Of a stretch of 64,000 nucleotides of DNA, positions 1 to 9,991 are shown piece by piece (within the stretch, counting starts at the first letter, position 1; the number at the start of each line of letters is the position of its first letter). The translations under genes and the position numbers were made by a program. The DNA is from an uncultured Chloroflexia bacterium (GTDB taxonomy: Bacteria > Chloroflexota > Anaerolineae > JAAYZQ01), in NCBI GenBank assembly GCA_963700285.1, contig CAVOXA010000022.1, forward strand, positions 32,001-96,000, given 5' to 3'. Under the pieces are notes generated by a model. It was given only the letters and a program-made list of their open reading frames with translations. It ran no database searches and was not told where the DNA came from.

Positions 1-117
1 GTACCATCTTGACCATCGCGGCTCCCCCTTATTCCAGGACCTGTCCAGGCAGGCCGGAACCGGAAGAAGAGCAGGGATCAGGGGCCCTTGGCCTCTCTGA
101 TCCCTGCCCTCGAATCG

Positions 118-2373
118 CTACATCAACGGTTCCATGGCCAGGGCCGGGTGTCCCGTCTCTTCCAGGAAGGCCATCACTTCTTCCTCGGTGGTCGCTACCC
201 GCTCGTCGGCAATCTTGTCGATGAGGTCGGGGTCGCCGGCTCGGATGGCGGCTTCTTTGAGTTCCTCGGCCATGCTCTCTTTGAGGAAGCTGGACATCCA
301 GACGATGCGCTTCAGGCCACCGTCGGCGCGGATGAACTTGTCGCTGATGATAAAGTACTTGCCGATGCCCAGTACTCCGGGTGTCTGCAGCCCTCCTCCG
401 GCCATGCCGGCCAGGGTGGAGAAGGTCATGCCGGCCGGGGTCATGCTGGGATCCTCACGGCTGACGATCATAAAGCCGTTGCAGAGGGGCATGATCATCA
501 TGATACACTCGAAGCAGCCGCAGGAGGTCATGGGCCACTCCATGATGGAGTACATGGTCACGTTCTCCACCGCGCCGTGGGAGGCCTGGTTCACAAAGTC
601 GTTGACGTTGTCAAAGATGCCCTGCCACTCGTCAATGGCCCGGCCCTTGAGTATGGGCTGATTGGGGCCGGTGGGGTTGATCTGGTAGCTGGCCTTGCAG
701 TCCAGCCAGTTGTAGGCGCCGCACAGACCCAGCCGCTCCGGGCTGACCACGCAGAGGTGATCGGGGGCAAAGCTCTGGCAGAGGGTGCAGGAGTAGAACT
801 CGTCCACCGACTCGTCGGTCATGGCCGCCAGGCGCTGGTTGCGGTAAAGGTAGGCGTCGCGGGCCTTTTCCAGCCACTCGGCGTGAAGGTCCGGGTCGGT
901 GTAGATGGTGACCTGTACCTTGTCCACGATGGCGCCAAAGTCGGCGTGGAGCCTGGCATAGAGGATCTCGCCAAAGTGCTCGAGTCCAAAGCCCTTGTCG
1001 ACCGCTGCCTTGCTGACGCGCAGCCAGGCGATGTCGCGCTGGCCGATGTGCTGGATACCGCTGGCGCCGTTGATAAAGTAGTGGACCTGACGCTCCAGTA
1101 CAGGCTCAAAGTCCTCCTGCATCTTGCGCCCGGCTACTTGGATGACGATACCCAGGTCCATCGCGCCGGCTTCGGGCACGTCTTCAAAGCCGGGGCCTAC
1201 GACCTCGATCTTGTGGTCCTCGATCTCGTCCAGGTCTGTCATGCGCAAGAACTCGAAGGCGCGGGAGTTCTTGCCGCCGAACTCGACGCGCATGTCGGCC
1301 TTGCGCACCCGCTCGCCTTCAAAAGCCGAGCCATAGGGCACGGGAACCGGGACCTCGGTGATCTGGATCTTGACACCGCGGACTTCGACGGCCCGCTGCA
1401 CAAAGCGGGCGGCCTTTTCGGCGTCGTCGGCGCCATCGATGTCGTCCCAGGGTATGGAGATGACGTGCTCGTACGGGGTAATGCCCGTAGGCCGGATCTC
1501 GGGGATGACGGTATCGGCCAGGACGGGGAAGCCATAGGTGATGGCGCCCGCGGCCGTGGCATACTTGAGGTCGTCCACCTCGCCCAGTGCCAGCGCAAAG
1601 GCAAAGACGCGGTACTTGTTGTAGAGCAGGATGTCGCGGGCCTGGCCGCCCTTCATCCCGCCAAAGGTCAGGGCCGAGCGGGTGGCAAAGCCCAGGGGAT
1701 AGACTGTGGAAATGGTGTCCAGGCCAAAGGGCACGATGTAGGTGTCGTAGCCCATCTCCACGCCTTCCTCCATGAGCTGGTGGATGATGCTGCGGCCATT
1801 GACGTTGCCGCTGAGGAAGATGAGGATGTTGCGCCGCTGGAGCTGGCGGACGATCTCGACGGCCGCCTGGTTGGTCCTGGCGGCGCCAATGATGGCGGCA
1901 AAGCCTGGCATGCGGCCGTCCACCAACTGGATGCCCCAGCTTCGGAGCTGGATGTCATCGATGGGGCCGTTCAGGTAGCCGTTGCCGGGGGCGCTGGAGC
2001 CGGTGAGTTGCAGCCCGGGCATCTTTTGCGGCTCCTGGCCATAGGCGAAGCGCAGCGCCATGATCGATTCCTCGGCCAGCAGGGTGGCGACGCCCGCATC
2101 CAGCGTCTCGCCCAGGTAGGGCAGCCAGGTTTTGTTTCCGGGCGGGCTGTGCAGCAGCGAGCGGCAGTGGGCAAGCACCGGCTTGAGGCCGCCAATGTTC
2201 TCCACTTGCATTCCGGTATAGCCCAGAATGGTTGGCAGATAGTAGGCAGTGTTGGTGAATTTGAGTTCCTGGTCAGGGCCAAGTTCCTCCAGCCCCTTCT
2301 GCAAGAAAGCATCAAACTCCTGGACGATCAGGTTGGCTCCACGCAGAGCTCGGGTAGCTATGTATCGGGACAT
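118..2373 (-). CDS. acsB: Acetyl-CoA synthase subunit of CODH/ACS (bacterial type)
   Basis: 751 aa with A-cluster motifs CTLCQSFAPDHLC...LGLCG and PMTSCGCFEC; directly downstream of cooS. Confidence 0.97.
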   Translation of the reverse strand: MSRYIATRALRGANLIVQEFDAFLQKGLEELGPDQELKFTNTAYYLPTILGYTGMQVENIGGLKPVLAHCRSLLHSPPGNKTWLPYLGETLDAGVATLLAEESIMALRFAYGQEPQKMPGLQLTGSSAPGNGYLNGPIDDIQLRSWGIQLVDGRMPGFAAIIGAARTNQAAVEIVRQLQRRNILIFLSGNVNGRSIIHQLMEEGVEMGYDTYIVPFGLDTISTVYPLGFATRSALTFGGMKGGQARDILLYNKYRVFAFALALGEVDDLKYATAAGAITYGFPVLADTVIPEIRPTGITPYEHVISIPWDDIDGADDAEKAARFVQRAVEVRGVKIQITEVPVPVPYGSAFEGERVRKADMRVEFGGKNSRAFEFLRMTDLDEIEDHKIEVVGPGFEDVPEAGAMDLGIVIQVAGRKMQEDFEPVLERQVHYFINGASGIQHIGQRDIAWLRVSKAAVDKGFGLEHFGEILYARLHADFGAIVDKVQVTIYTDPDLHAEWLEKARDAYLYRNQRLAAMTDESVDEFYSCTLCQSFAPDHLCVVSPERLGLCGAYNWLDCKASYQINPTGPNQPILKGRAIDEWQGIFDNVNDFVNQASHGAVENVTMYSIMEWPMTSCGCFECIMMIMPLCNGFMIVSREDPSMTPAGMTFSTLAGMAGGGLQTPGVLGIGKYFIISDKFIRADGGLKRIVWMSSFLKESMAEELKEAAIRAGDPDLIDKIADERVATTEEEVMAFLEETGHPALAMEPLM

Positions 2374-2409
2374 TGATACGGTCTCCTTCTTTGGCTGTTT
2401 CCCAGTTTC

Positions 2410-4407
2410 CTAATCTCCAACCGTAGCATAGGGCTTGCGGCTGTACAGGTTCCGCTCCTCTGGCGGTGTGGCAAAGAATGCGTCCAGCGGAAAGTCCCCG
2501 CTCTGGCCGAAGCGATTCGGGTCATACTCCACCAGGCCCAACGCGGCGCGCTTTTTGTCGATGTGGTCCAGGGTGGCTTTGACCATCTCCTCGGGGTCGA
2601 GGATGAACTCCAGCTTGCCGCCGACCTTGGCCTCCCAGCCCTCGCTGATCAGCCTCATGACTTCTTCGCTGCCGGCGACCGGGTTCTTGGTGCCAAAGAT
2701 GACGTAGACGCCCGAGGCCACAAAGTAGGTGCCGATGGACAGGGCTTTTTCACTCATCCACTCTGGCGCCAGGCCAACGGCCGGCAGGTCGGCGATGTCG
2801 TCGCCCAGGCCGCCTTCGGTGGCCATCTGCGATGCGACGGTGAGGATGCGGGTGTTGTCGACGCAGGAGCCCAGGTGCAGAACCGGCGGGATGCCGATGG
2901 CCTCGCAGACTTCGCGCAGGCCTGGTCCGGCATGGTCCAGCGCCTCCGGTCCCAACAGTCCCAGCTTGGCCACAGAAATGGCGCTGCATCCGGTCTGGAC
3001 GACCAGCACGTCGTTCTTGATCATCTCCTGCACGACATAGTTGTGCGTATAGTCGTGGGGCGTCCGCGGGTTGTTGCAGCCCACGACACCGGCCACGCCG
3101 CGGATGCGCCCGGTGATGATGGCGTCGTTCAGCGGCCGGAAGGAACCCCGGTAGTAGCCGCCCTGCATGTAGCGCAGGTACTCGTGAGAGAAGCCGGCCA
3201 CCAGGGGGGCGCTGACGTTGGGGATATAGACCTTTTCCGTCAGGCCGCGGTTGGGGTAGTTGTCGATGCCTTCTTTGACAATCTCTTTGGCAATCTCGAG
3301 GGCCCTGGACTCGTCGAACTGCATGTGCTGGGCGCCCGTGATCTTGGCCTTGCGCGAGGTGGTGATTAGCTTGGTGTGATACTGCTCGGCCACGGGTACG
3401 AGGGCTTGCATGATGCACTGGATGTCCACGACCATGGCCTCGACCGCGCCGGTGGCGATGGCCAATTCCTGGCTGAGAAAGTTGCCGGCGGAGCGCACGC
3501 CCTGGCGCATCAGCGTCTCGTTGGCCGTGCAGCAGATGCCGGTCAGGTTGATGCCCTTGGCGCCTTTGGTCTTGGCGTACTCGATCATCTCCGGGTCCTG
3601 GCAGGCCATCAGGATCAACTCGGACAGCAGGGGCTCGTGGCCGTGAATGACGATGTTGACCTCGTCGTCCTCCAGGGTACCCATGTTGACCTCGCTGCTC
3701 AGGGGAACCGGCGTGCCAAATAGGGTGTCGGTGACGTCGGTGGAGAGCATCGAGCCGCCCCAACCGTCTGACAGGGCCGTCCGCAGGGCATGGTCCAGGA
3801 TGTGCTCCGCGTCCTGGTCGTTGCCGATGTGGGTGCGGTGGAGGGTCTCGATGACCTCGCGGTCAACGCCCCTGGGCTGGATGTCCAGTTCGCGCCAAAT
3901 CTCCTGGCGCTTCTTGGGGGCTCGTTCCAGGTACTTGAGGCTGCCCCGCTGCTGGCCAAATTGGGCCAGGGCTGCTTCGGCCACGTCCAGGGCGATGTCG
4001 TTGGTCTCGCGCCCCTGGACGGGAATGCCCAGGAAAGTGGCCATTTCCACGAGCTTGCCCACGTCGCGGATGCGATAGTCCGGGGCATGGCCTTCGGCCA
4101 CGGCCAGCATGGCCAGGACCATATCGCGGCCATGGTCCGAGTGGGCGGCCGCGCCGGCGGCGATCTGCCGGGCCAGGTTTCGGGCGACGACCGTCTCTAT
4201 TGTAGCGCCACAGATGCCGGCTTTGACTTTGCCCACCAAGCGACAGGGACCCATGGCGCAGATCTTGCAGCAAACACCGTCGCTGCCAATGGGACAGGGC
4301 TTGATTCTTTCAGCGCGGTCAAAGGCGGTATCGATGCCTTTTTCGTGCGCGATCTCTAGCATTTTCTCAACGGCTGGGTCGGCGGTCACTGATGCGTAAT
4401 TGGACAT
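2410..4407 (-). CDS. cooS: Ni-dependent carbon monoxide dehydrogenase catalytic subunit (CooS/AcsA)
   Basis: PCPIG..GVCCKICAMGPC (D/B clusters); HGHEP, GICCTANE, GCNN, TGC, GSCVDN (C-cluster ligands); EWMSEKA. Confidence 0.97.
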   Translation of the reverse strand: MSNYASVTADPAVEKMLEIAHEKGIDTAFDRAERIKPCPIGSDGVCCKICAMGPCRLVGKVKAGICGATIETVVARNLARQIAAGAAAHSDHGRDMVLAMLAVAEGHAPDYRIRDVGKLVEMATFLGIPVQGRETNDIALDVAEAALAQFGQQRGSLKYLERAPKKRQEIWRELDIQPRGVDREVIETLHRTHIGNDQDAEHILDHALRTALSDGWGGSMLSTDVTDTLFGTPVPLSSEVNMGTLEDDEVNIVIHGHEPLLSELILMACQDPEMIEYAKTKGAKGINLTGICCTANETLMRQGVRSAGNFLSQELAIATGAVEAMVVDIQCIMQALVPVAEQYHTKLITTSRKAKITGAQHMQFDESRALEIAKEIVKEGIDNYPNRGLTEKVYIPNVSAPLVAGFSHEYLRYMQGGYYRGSFRPLNDAIITGRIRGVAGVVGCNNPRTPHDYTHNYVVQEMIKNDVLVVQTGCSAISVAKLGLLGPEALDHAGPGLREVCEAIGIPPVLHLGSCVDNTRILTVASQMATEGGLGDDIADLPAVGLAPEWMSEKALSIGTYFVASGVYVIFGTKNPVAGSEEVMRLISEGWEAKVGGKLEFILDPEEMVKATLDHIDKKRAALGLVEYDPNRFGQSGDFPLDAFFATPPEERNLYSRKPYATVGD

Positions 4408-4542
4408 AATCTTCCTTCCTTCTAGGTCCTTTGCTAGACGCTTTGTCTTGGATCACCAAATTCCTGCGATCCGAAGGGCTGGGGTCCCCGGCCTGGGATA
4501 GAACGTACTACCGGGTCTGGGCCTGGCGCCATCGGATCGTGC

Positions 4543-4875
4543 CTAGTACTTGCGGTGGTCGCCCGACATCACTAGATCGCGCATGTCGGTCTCTGTCACG
4601 CGCTCCTGGAACTGGAACCAGTCGGAGCTGTCATCGATACGCTCGGGGTAGGTGGGGAGTTCTGGTGCGATTTTGGCCCGATAGCCGGCGTCAGCCAGGG
4701 CACTTTCCAGTGCATCGGGGCTTACGGCGGACGGGTCGTACTCGATCACCACGTCCTTGTAGATCGCGCTGGCGATGATTCCCTCAACACCGCTCACCTG
4801 GCCCAATGCTTCACGCACGGCCAACGTATGGTGGTCGGCCCACAACGATGGGATGTTAAAGACTACCTTTTCCAT
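4543..4875 (-). CDS. HMA-fold small protein lacking the CxxC motif
   Basis: HMA pattern (VREAL..VSGV...IEYDP...LESALADAGY) with SLWADHH at the usual GMxCxxC position; SD AGGGAGGG upstream. Confidence 0.75.
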   Translation of the reverse strand: MEKVVFNIPSLWADHHTLAVREALGQVSGVEGIIASAIYKDVVIEYDPSAVSPDALESALADAGYRAKIAPELPTYPERIDDSSDWFQFQERVTETDMRDLVMSGDHRKY

Positions 4876-4938
4876 TCAATTCCCTCCCTTGGCGCTGGCT
4901 AGAGTCTGCAGGGTCGGTCACAACGAAAAAGCAAAAGT

Positions 4939-4966
4939 ATTATAGCACAAAGCAGGACCATTGCAA
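4939..4966 (-). promoter_or_regulatory. sigma70-type promoter of the HMA-cooS-acsB operon
   Basis: TTGCAA-16 nt-TATAAT with extended -10 TG on the minus strand. Confidence 0.65.
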
Positions 4967-5051
4967 ACTTGATACGCAGCAAAGCTATCAACGCGGATTG
5001 TTAAGCGGTCCAGGCAAGACGGCCATAGACCGCGGCAAGGCTCATCTTGGA

Positions 5052-5083
5052 GATGGGGAGGGTGATGAACCCTCCCCATCCTG
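5052..5083 (-). terminator. GC-rich hairpin downstream of fhs (terminator or stability element)
   Basis: GATGGGGAGGGT...ACCCTCCCCATC inverted repeat; no clear U-tract. Confidence 0.45.
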
Positions 5084-5130
5084 ACGGTTGTTACGTGGAT
5101 CCCACGGCGGCATCCGCCCCGGCTTTGGGC

Positions 5131-7017
5131 CTAGAAGAGGCCGACGACGCGGCCGGTCTCCAGGTCAATGTCCACGTCGGTAAAGGCCGGGCGTGTGGGC
5201 AGACCGGGCATGGTGCGCATCGTGCCGCACAGCGGGAAGATAAAGCCGGCACCTACAGAGGCCCGCACATCGGTGATGGGCAGCGTCCAGCCGCGCGGCG
5301 CGCCCTTGAGCACCGGGTCATGGCTGAAGGACAGGTGCGTCTTGGCCATGCACAAGGGCAGGTGGCTCAGGCCCATGTCGGTAAAGAGCTTGATCTTGGC
5401 CTCGGCTTCCGGCGTGTAGCTGACGCCGTCGGCGCGATAGATCTCTTTGGCCACGGTTTCGATCTTTTCCTTGATCGAGTACTCGTCGGGGTACAGGAAC
5501 TTGAAGTCGGTGGGCTGCTCGCAGGCTGCCACGACGGCCTCGGCCAGTTCGGCGCCGCCCGCGGCGCCCTCCATCCAGACCCGGCTCTCGGCCACGTCAA
5601 AGGCGCCTGTTTCTTTGGCCCGCCTGCGGATGAGTTCGATTTCGGCGTCGGTGTCGTCCTTGAAGCGGTTGATGGCCACGACCACCGAGACGCCGAACTT
5701 GAGCGCGTTCTCGATGTGCTGCAGGAGGTTGGGCAAACCAGCTTCCAGCAGCTCGAGATTCTCCTCGACGTACTCTTTGGCCAGCGGCTTGCCGGCAACG
5801 ACTTTGGGTCCGCCGCCGTGCATCTTGAGGGCGCGGATGGTGGCCACCAGCACGACGCAGTTGGGAACCAGGCCGCTGTAGCGGCACTTGAGGTCCATGA
5901 ACTTTTCCATGCCACAGTCAGCGCCAAAGCCGGACTCGGTTACCACATAGTCGGCCAGCTTGAGGGCGATCTTGTCGGCGATGATGGAGCTATTGCCCTG
6001 GGCAATGTTGGCAAAGGGGCCGCAGTGTACAAAGGCTGGGCTGCCAGCCAGTGTCTGCATCAGGTTGGGCATGATGGCGTCTTTGAGCAGCACGGTCATC
6101 GCGCCGGCCACGTTGAGATCCTCGGCCGTGATGGGTTCCACCGGCCGCTTGACGGGGCCGCCGCCGGGGTTGCTGGTGCCGATGATAATGCGTCCCATGC
6201 GCTCGCGCAGGTCGGCCAGGTCGGTGCACATGGCCAAGGCGGCCATGATCTCGGAGGCGACGAGGATGTCGTAGCCTGTCTGGCGTGTTACGCCGTCGCC
6301 CTTTGGTCCCAGGCCGACGATGACGTTTCGCAGCGCGGCGTCGGAGACGTCCACAACACGCCGCCACTGGATCGCGTCGGGATCGATGTTCAGGCGGAAC
6401 ATACGCTCCTTGTCGTCGTCGCTCAGGTCCGACGGCTTTTCCGACTCGATGCCCAGCTTTTCCAGTCGTTTGCGCATGCTGGGCGTGTACTCGTCATCCG
6501 GGCAGAGCGCCCTGGCCAGATAGTCCGTGCTCCAGCGATACTCTTTGGCCAACCGGTTGTCGATGGCCGCCGCGAGCTGGTTGTGGGCCGCGCCCACGGC
6601 GTGCATGTCGCCGGTCAGGTGGAGGTTAAAGTCCTCCATGGAGACAATCTGAGAGTATCCACCGCCGGCCGCGCCGCCCTTGATGCCAAAGGTCGGTCCC
6701 TGGGAAGGCTGGCGGATGCAGGTCATGACCTTCTTGCCAATGTAGTGCAGACCCTGGCTTACGCCGATGGTCGTCACCGTTTTGCCCTCGCCAAGCGGCG
6801 TGGGTGTGATGGCCGTCACGTCGATGTACTTGCCCTGGGGACGGTCGGCGAACTTGGCCGCGACATCCAGGTGCACTTTGGCCTTGTACTTGCCGTACAG
6901 ATCCAGGTCGTCCTCATCCAGACCCAGTTCGGCGGCAATCTCCATGATCGGCCGCATCTTGGCTTCCTGCGCGATCTCGATGTCGCTCGGTACGGGGTGC
7001 TTGATTTCCACTAACAT
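5131..7017 (-). CDS. fhs: Formate--tetrahydrofolate ligase
   Basis: TAITPTPLGEGKT, GPTFGIKGGAAGGGY, HCGPFANIA, CMAKT and TMPGLP motifs. Confidence 0.98.
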   Translation of the reverse strand: MLVEIKHPVPSDIEIAQEAKMRPIMEIAAELGLDEDDLDLYGKYKAKVHLDVAAKFADRPQGKYIDVTAITPTPLGEGKTVTTIGVSQGLHYIGKKVMTCIRQPSQGPTFGIKGGAAGGGYSQIVSMEDFNLHLTGDMHAVGAAHNQLAAAIDNRLAKEYRWSTDYLARALCPDDEYTPSMRKRLEKLGIESEKPSDLSDDDKERMFRLNIDPDAIQWRRVVDVSDAALRNVIVGLGPKGDGVTRQTGYDILVASEIMAALAMCTDLADLRERMGRIIIGTSNPGGGPVKRPVEPITAEDLNVAGAMTVLLKDAIMPNLMQTLAGSPAFVHCGPFANIAQGNSSIIADKIALKLADYVVTESGFGADCGMEKFMDLKCRYSGLVPNCVVLVATIRALKMHGGGPKVVAGKPLAKEYVEENLELLEAGLPNLLQHIENALKFGVSVVVAINRFKDDTDAEIELIRRRAKETGAFDVAESRVWMEGAAGGAELAEAVVAACEQPTDFKFLYPDEYSIKEKIETVAKEIYRADGVSYTPEAEAKIKLFTDMGLSHLPLCMAKTHLSFSHDPVLKGAPRGWTLPITDVRASVGAGFIFPLCGTMRTMPGLPTRPAFTDVDIDLETGRVVGLF

Positions 7018-7083
7018 CTGCTACCTCCTCCTAGAGTTCTCCGTGGCAACTGTGCCATCGACTTTGCATGGTGGGCATTCCAC

Positions 7084-7101
7084 TTGTGATGGATATCACG
7101 C
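7084..7101. promoter_or_regulatory. Rex/CRP-like operator at the fhs transcription start
   Basis: TTGTGA-TGGATA-TCACGC versus the Rex consensus TTGTGA-N6-TCACAA. Confidence 0.45.
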
Positions 7102-7106
7102 TGCTC

Positions 7107-7135
7107 AGTCTACCACAGCCACCATCGATTGTCAA
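7107..7135 (-). promoter_or_regulatory. sigma70-type promoter of fhs
   Basis: TTGACA-17 nt-TAGACT on the minus strand. Confidence 0.7.
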
Positions 7136-7183
7136 ACAGAATCATAAATGTGACTGCGACCTGTCCTTTGAGGTCCCTGGCCC

Positions 7184-8353
7184 TCAGGGTCTGCCCTTCC
7201 GCATCTGCCGTTTGGACGCCTGCAATACGTTGCTCATGAGCATCACGTTGGTCATCGACCCTGTGCCCCCTGGTACAGGCGTGATCATGCCGGCGACCTC
7301 TTTTGCCTCTTCAAAATCCACATCGCCCACCCACTGGTCTCCCAGGCGATTGAAGCCAAAATCAATGATGACGGCGCCCGGCTTGACCATGTCGCCCTTG
7401 ATCAGGTGGGGGATGCCCACGGCGGTGCAGAGGATGTCGGCTTCCTGGGTGATGGGCGCCAGGGGCCGGGTGCGGGAGTGGCACATGCTCACGGTGGCAT
7501 TGTGCTGCATGAGCAGGAAGGACATGGGCCGCCCGACAATGTTGGAGCGGCCGACGACGACGGCACGCCTGCCCTCCATCTCTACGCCGGCCCTCTTTAG
7601 CATCTCTAGTCCACCCAGCGGTGTGGCGGGTACCAGGTAATCGGGGACCGCATCGGGGTCGCGTACCGGGCCGGCCTGGGCCAGCCGTCCGGCGTTGATG
7701 GGGTTGACGCCATCGGCGTCCTTGATGGCCCGTATGGTGGCCTTGATCTCATCCTCGTCCAGGCCCCTGGGCAGCGGCTCCTGGAGCATGATGCCGTTGG
7801 TCCTCCCGTCGGCGTTGAGGGTGGCGATGAGGTCGATCACTTCATCCTGGCTGGCCGAGTCGGGCAGGGTGTGAATGGCAAAGCCCATGCCTGCGCTTTC
7901 AAAAGATCGCTTGATCATTGTGCCATAGCTGACCGACGCTGGATCGCTGCCCACCCGGACCACGGCGATGGCTGGTGCAAAGCCGTATGCCTCCTGGAAG
8001 ACGGCTACTTCGGCCATGATCTCTTTTCGCACCTCTTTGGCCATCTCGCGCCCGTCGAGAATTTGTGCTGTCATGCTCTCTCCTTTCATTCCAGATTGCG
8101 CCAGGATCGCGTCCTGCAGGTCCAGGTTCCAATCTTCGATCCGCTCGCACGCGCCAGTCTCGCCCCATACGGCGATGACGCGGGGATCGGAACAGATGGA
8201 TTGGACAAAAGCCTCAAACTTGGTCTGTTCCGGTCCGTCGGTACTGACATAGACCAGTGTCGCCTGCGTGACCAAGGCGTTTGCAGTTTGGCGACCCAAT
8301 GCTTCTACAAGTTCGGGTCCAATGGTTGCATTGATGATGTCTTCGACGTCCAT
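7184..8353 (-). CDS. folD: Methylene-THF dehydrogenase FolD copy 1, with a 93-aa N-terminal extra segment (internal start at 8074)
   Basis: ILDG, KDADG..P.NAG, PATPLG, GRSNIVG, TPVPGGTG motifs; second SD plus ATG at 8074. Confidence 0.92.
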   Translation of the reverse strand: MDVEDIINATIGPELVEALGRQTANALVTQATLVYVSTDGPEQTKFEAFVQSICSDPRVIAVWGETGACERIEDWNLDLQDAILAQSGMKGESMTAQILDGREMAKEVRKEIMAEVAVFQEAYGFAPAIAVVRVGSDPASVSYGTMIKRSFESAGMGFAIHTLPDSASQDEVIDLIATLNADGRTNGIMLQEPLPRGLDEDEIKATIRAIKDADGVNPINAGRLAQAGPVRDPDAVPDYLVPATPLGGLEMLKRAGVEMEGRRAVVVGRSNIVGRPMSFLLMQHNATVSMCHSRTRPLAPITQEADILCTAVGIPHLIKGDMVKPGAVIIDFGFNRLGDQWVGDVDFEEAKEVAGMITPVPGGTGSMTNVMLMSNVLQASKRQMRKGRP

Positions 8354-8383
8354 TCACTCTCCCTCAACCCTGGTCTCGTACGT

Positions 8384-9991
8384 TCAGACGGGTACATCTA
8401 CGACGATGCGGGTTCCCTGGCCGGGCGCCGAATCGACCACCAGGTTGCCGCTCAACAGGCGTGCGCGCTCGTGCATGCCGATGAGGCCCAGGCCGCTGGC
8501 GTTTGCCGGATGGTCGGTCAGTGTGGGGGGCTTGAAGCCCCGGCCGTCATCTTGCACGGTCAACTTGATGGAGCTATCGCTCATTTCCACCAGGGTGATC
8601 ACGTGCATAGCTCGTGCATGCTTTCTCACGTTGTTCAGCGCTTCCTGCGCAATGCGGAACAGGGTCAGCTCTACTTCCGAGGAGAGGCGCCGGCGCTCAC
8701 CTTTGAGTTGGAACTCGGCGCAAAGCCCGTCTTCGCGGTTCAGATCGGTGGTTAGCTCCTCGAGGGTAGGCAAGAGCCCCAGATCATCCAGGATGGAGGG
8801 GCGCAGATCCTGGCTAAAGCGCCGCACGCGGCGGATCATATCGCCCGTCTCTAGCTGGAGCACCCGGATCCGGGCCGCGGCGGCCTCGGGCAGCGTTTCA
8901 TCGGAGGTGGTCAGGGCCTCCATGTGGCGGGTCAGGGCGATGAGGGACTGGATGGTGTCATCGTGCAGCTCGCGGGCGATGCGCTTGCGCTCGTTCTCCT
9001 GGGCCTGGGTGATCCTGCGCGCGTAGAAGCGCATGTTCTCGTACAGGTAGGCGTTTTCGATGGCGATCCCGGCCTGTCGCCCGATGGCCGTCAGGATGGC
9101 GACGTCGCGTTCTGAAAAGCCCTTGGGCCTCTCGATGGTCAGGACACTGAGGGCGCCAAAGACCCTGTCGCCGCTCACGATGGGCACTGTGGCGATGCTG
9201 GTCAGACCCGCCTGCAGGAAGGCGTCCACCGCCCGGGGGTAGGTCTTGTAGTCGTCGATGATGGTGGGCTGGCCGGTACTCATTACCTGGGCAGAGACAC
9301 CCTCGCTCCTGGTCACGGTTACACTGGCCAGTTCTGCGGGCAGACGGTGGAGATAGGGGTAGGTGACCATGTTCCGTGCTTCGTCCAGGAGGGCGATGAT
9401 CCCGCCATCCGTGCCCACGATATCCACGGCAATCTCCATGACCTTGGGCAGCACGCGGTCCAGCTCGAGTTCGGAGGTGACTTCTTCGGCGACCTGGCCC
9501 AGGGAACGCTCGATCTGGAGGTCGCGCAGGCGTTCCTGGTAGAGCCGCACGTTCTCGACAAAGGTGCCGATGATGTTGCAGATGGTATTGAGCAGCTCGA
9601 CTTCTTGGCGGAGGAGGGGGCAGGCGGTCCGGGCGCCGACAAAGAGCAATCCGTTGACCTCGCCCTTGGCCTTGAGCGGCCCGGCCAGCTTGCAATGGAG
9701 GTCCTCGTGGCGGGCGAGCATGCGCGATGACTTTGATCCGTCAGGGCAAGCAACCACCTCGGGTGGCAGGTCCCTGTGGGCGACCAGTGTCAGCCCCTGC
9801 TCCTCTTTGGACAGAAGATAAACCGCGCCCAGCTCCATACCCAGCACCTGGATGACGGTGTCCAAGATATCGTTGAGCGTTTTGTCAACGTCGAAAGACT
9901 GGGTCAGCGCCGTGGTGACATTGTTGATCATATTCAGGCGCGAGAGGACTCGTTCGTACGATTCCCGGCCTTGCATGATATGGCTCTCCAT
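8384..9991 (-). CDS. Soluble sensor histidine kinase with two GAF domains (HisKA_3 type)
   Basis: Two GAF-like segments, ERKRIARELHD, QEALNNVRKHA, DDGRGF, GLGL.GM.ERA; no TM segments seen. Confidence 0.93.
   Translation of the reverse strand: MESHIMQGRESYERVLSRLNMINNVTTALTQSFDVDKTLNDILDTVIQVLGMELGAVYLLSKEEQGLTLVAHRDLPPEVVACPDGSKSSRMLARHEDLHCKLAGPLKAKGEVNGLLFVGARTACPLLRQEVELLNTICNIIGTFVENVRLYQERLRDLQIERSLGQVAEEVTSELELDRVLPKVMEIAVDIVGTDGGIIALLDEARNMVTYPYLHRLPAELASVTVTRSEGVSAQVMSTGQPTIIDDYKTYPRAVDAFLQAGLTSIATVPIVSGDRVFGALSVLTIERPKGFSERDVAILTAIGRQAGIAIENAYLYENMRFYARRITQAQENERKRIARELHDDTIQSLIALTRHMEALTTSDETLPEAAAARIRVLQLETGDMIRRVRRFSQDLRPSILDDLGLLPTLEELTTDLNREDGLCAEFQLKGERRRLSSEVELTLFRIAQEALNNVRKHARAMHVITLVEMSDSSIKLTVQDDGRGFKPPTLTDHPANASGLGLIGMHERARLLSGNLVVDSAPGQGTRIVVDVPV

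Noticed and set aside
1-16. Start of the gene downstream of acsB (MVKMV...)
   Set aside because: Only five codons are in the window, so no product can be supported
88-7014. Long plus-strand ORFs 88-2376 and 5047-7014
   Set aside because: Antisense shadows of acsB and fhs caused by GC-rich codon bias; no recognisable motifs
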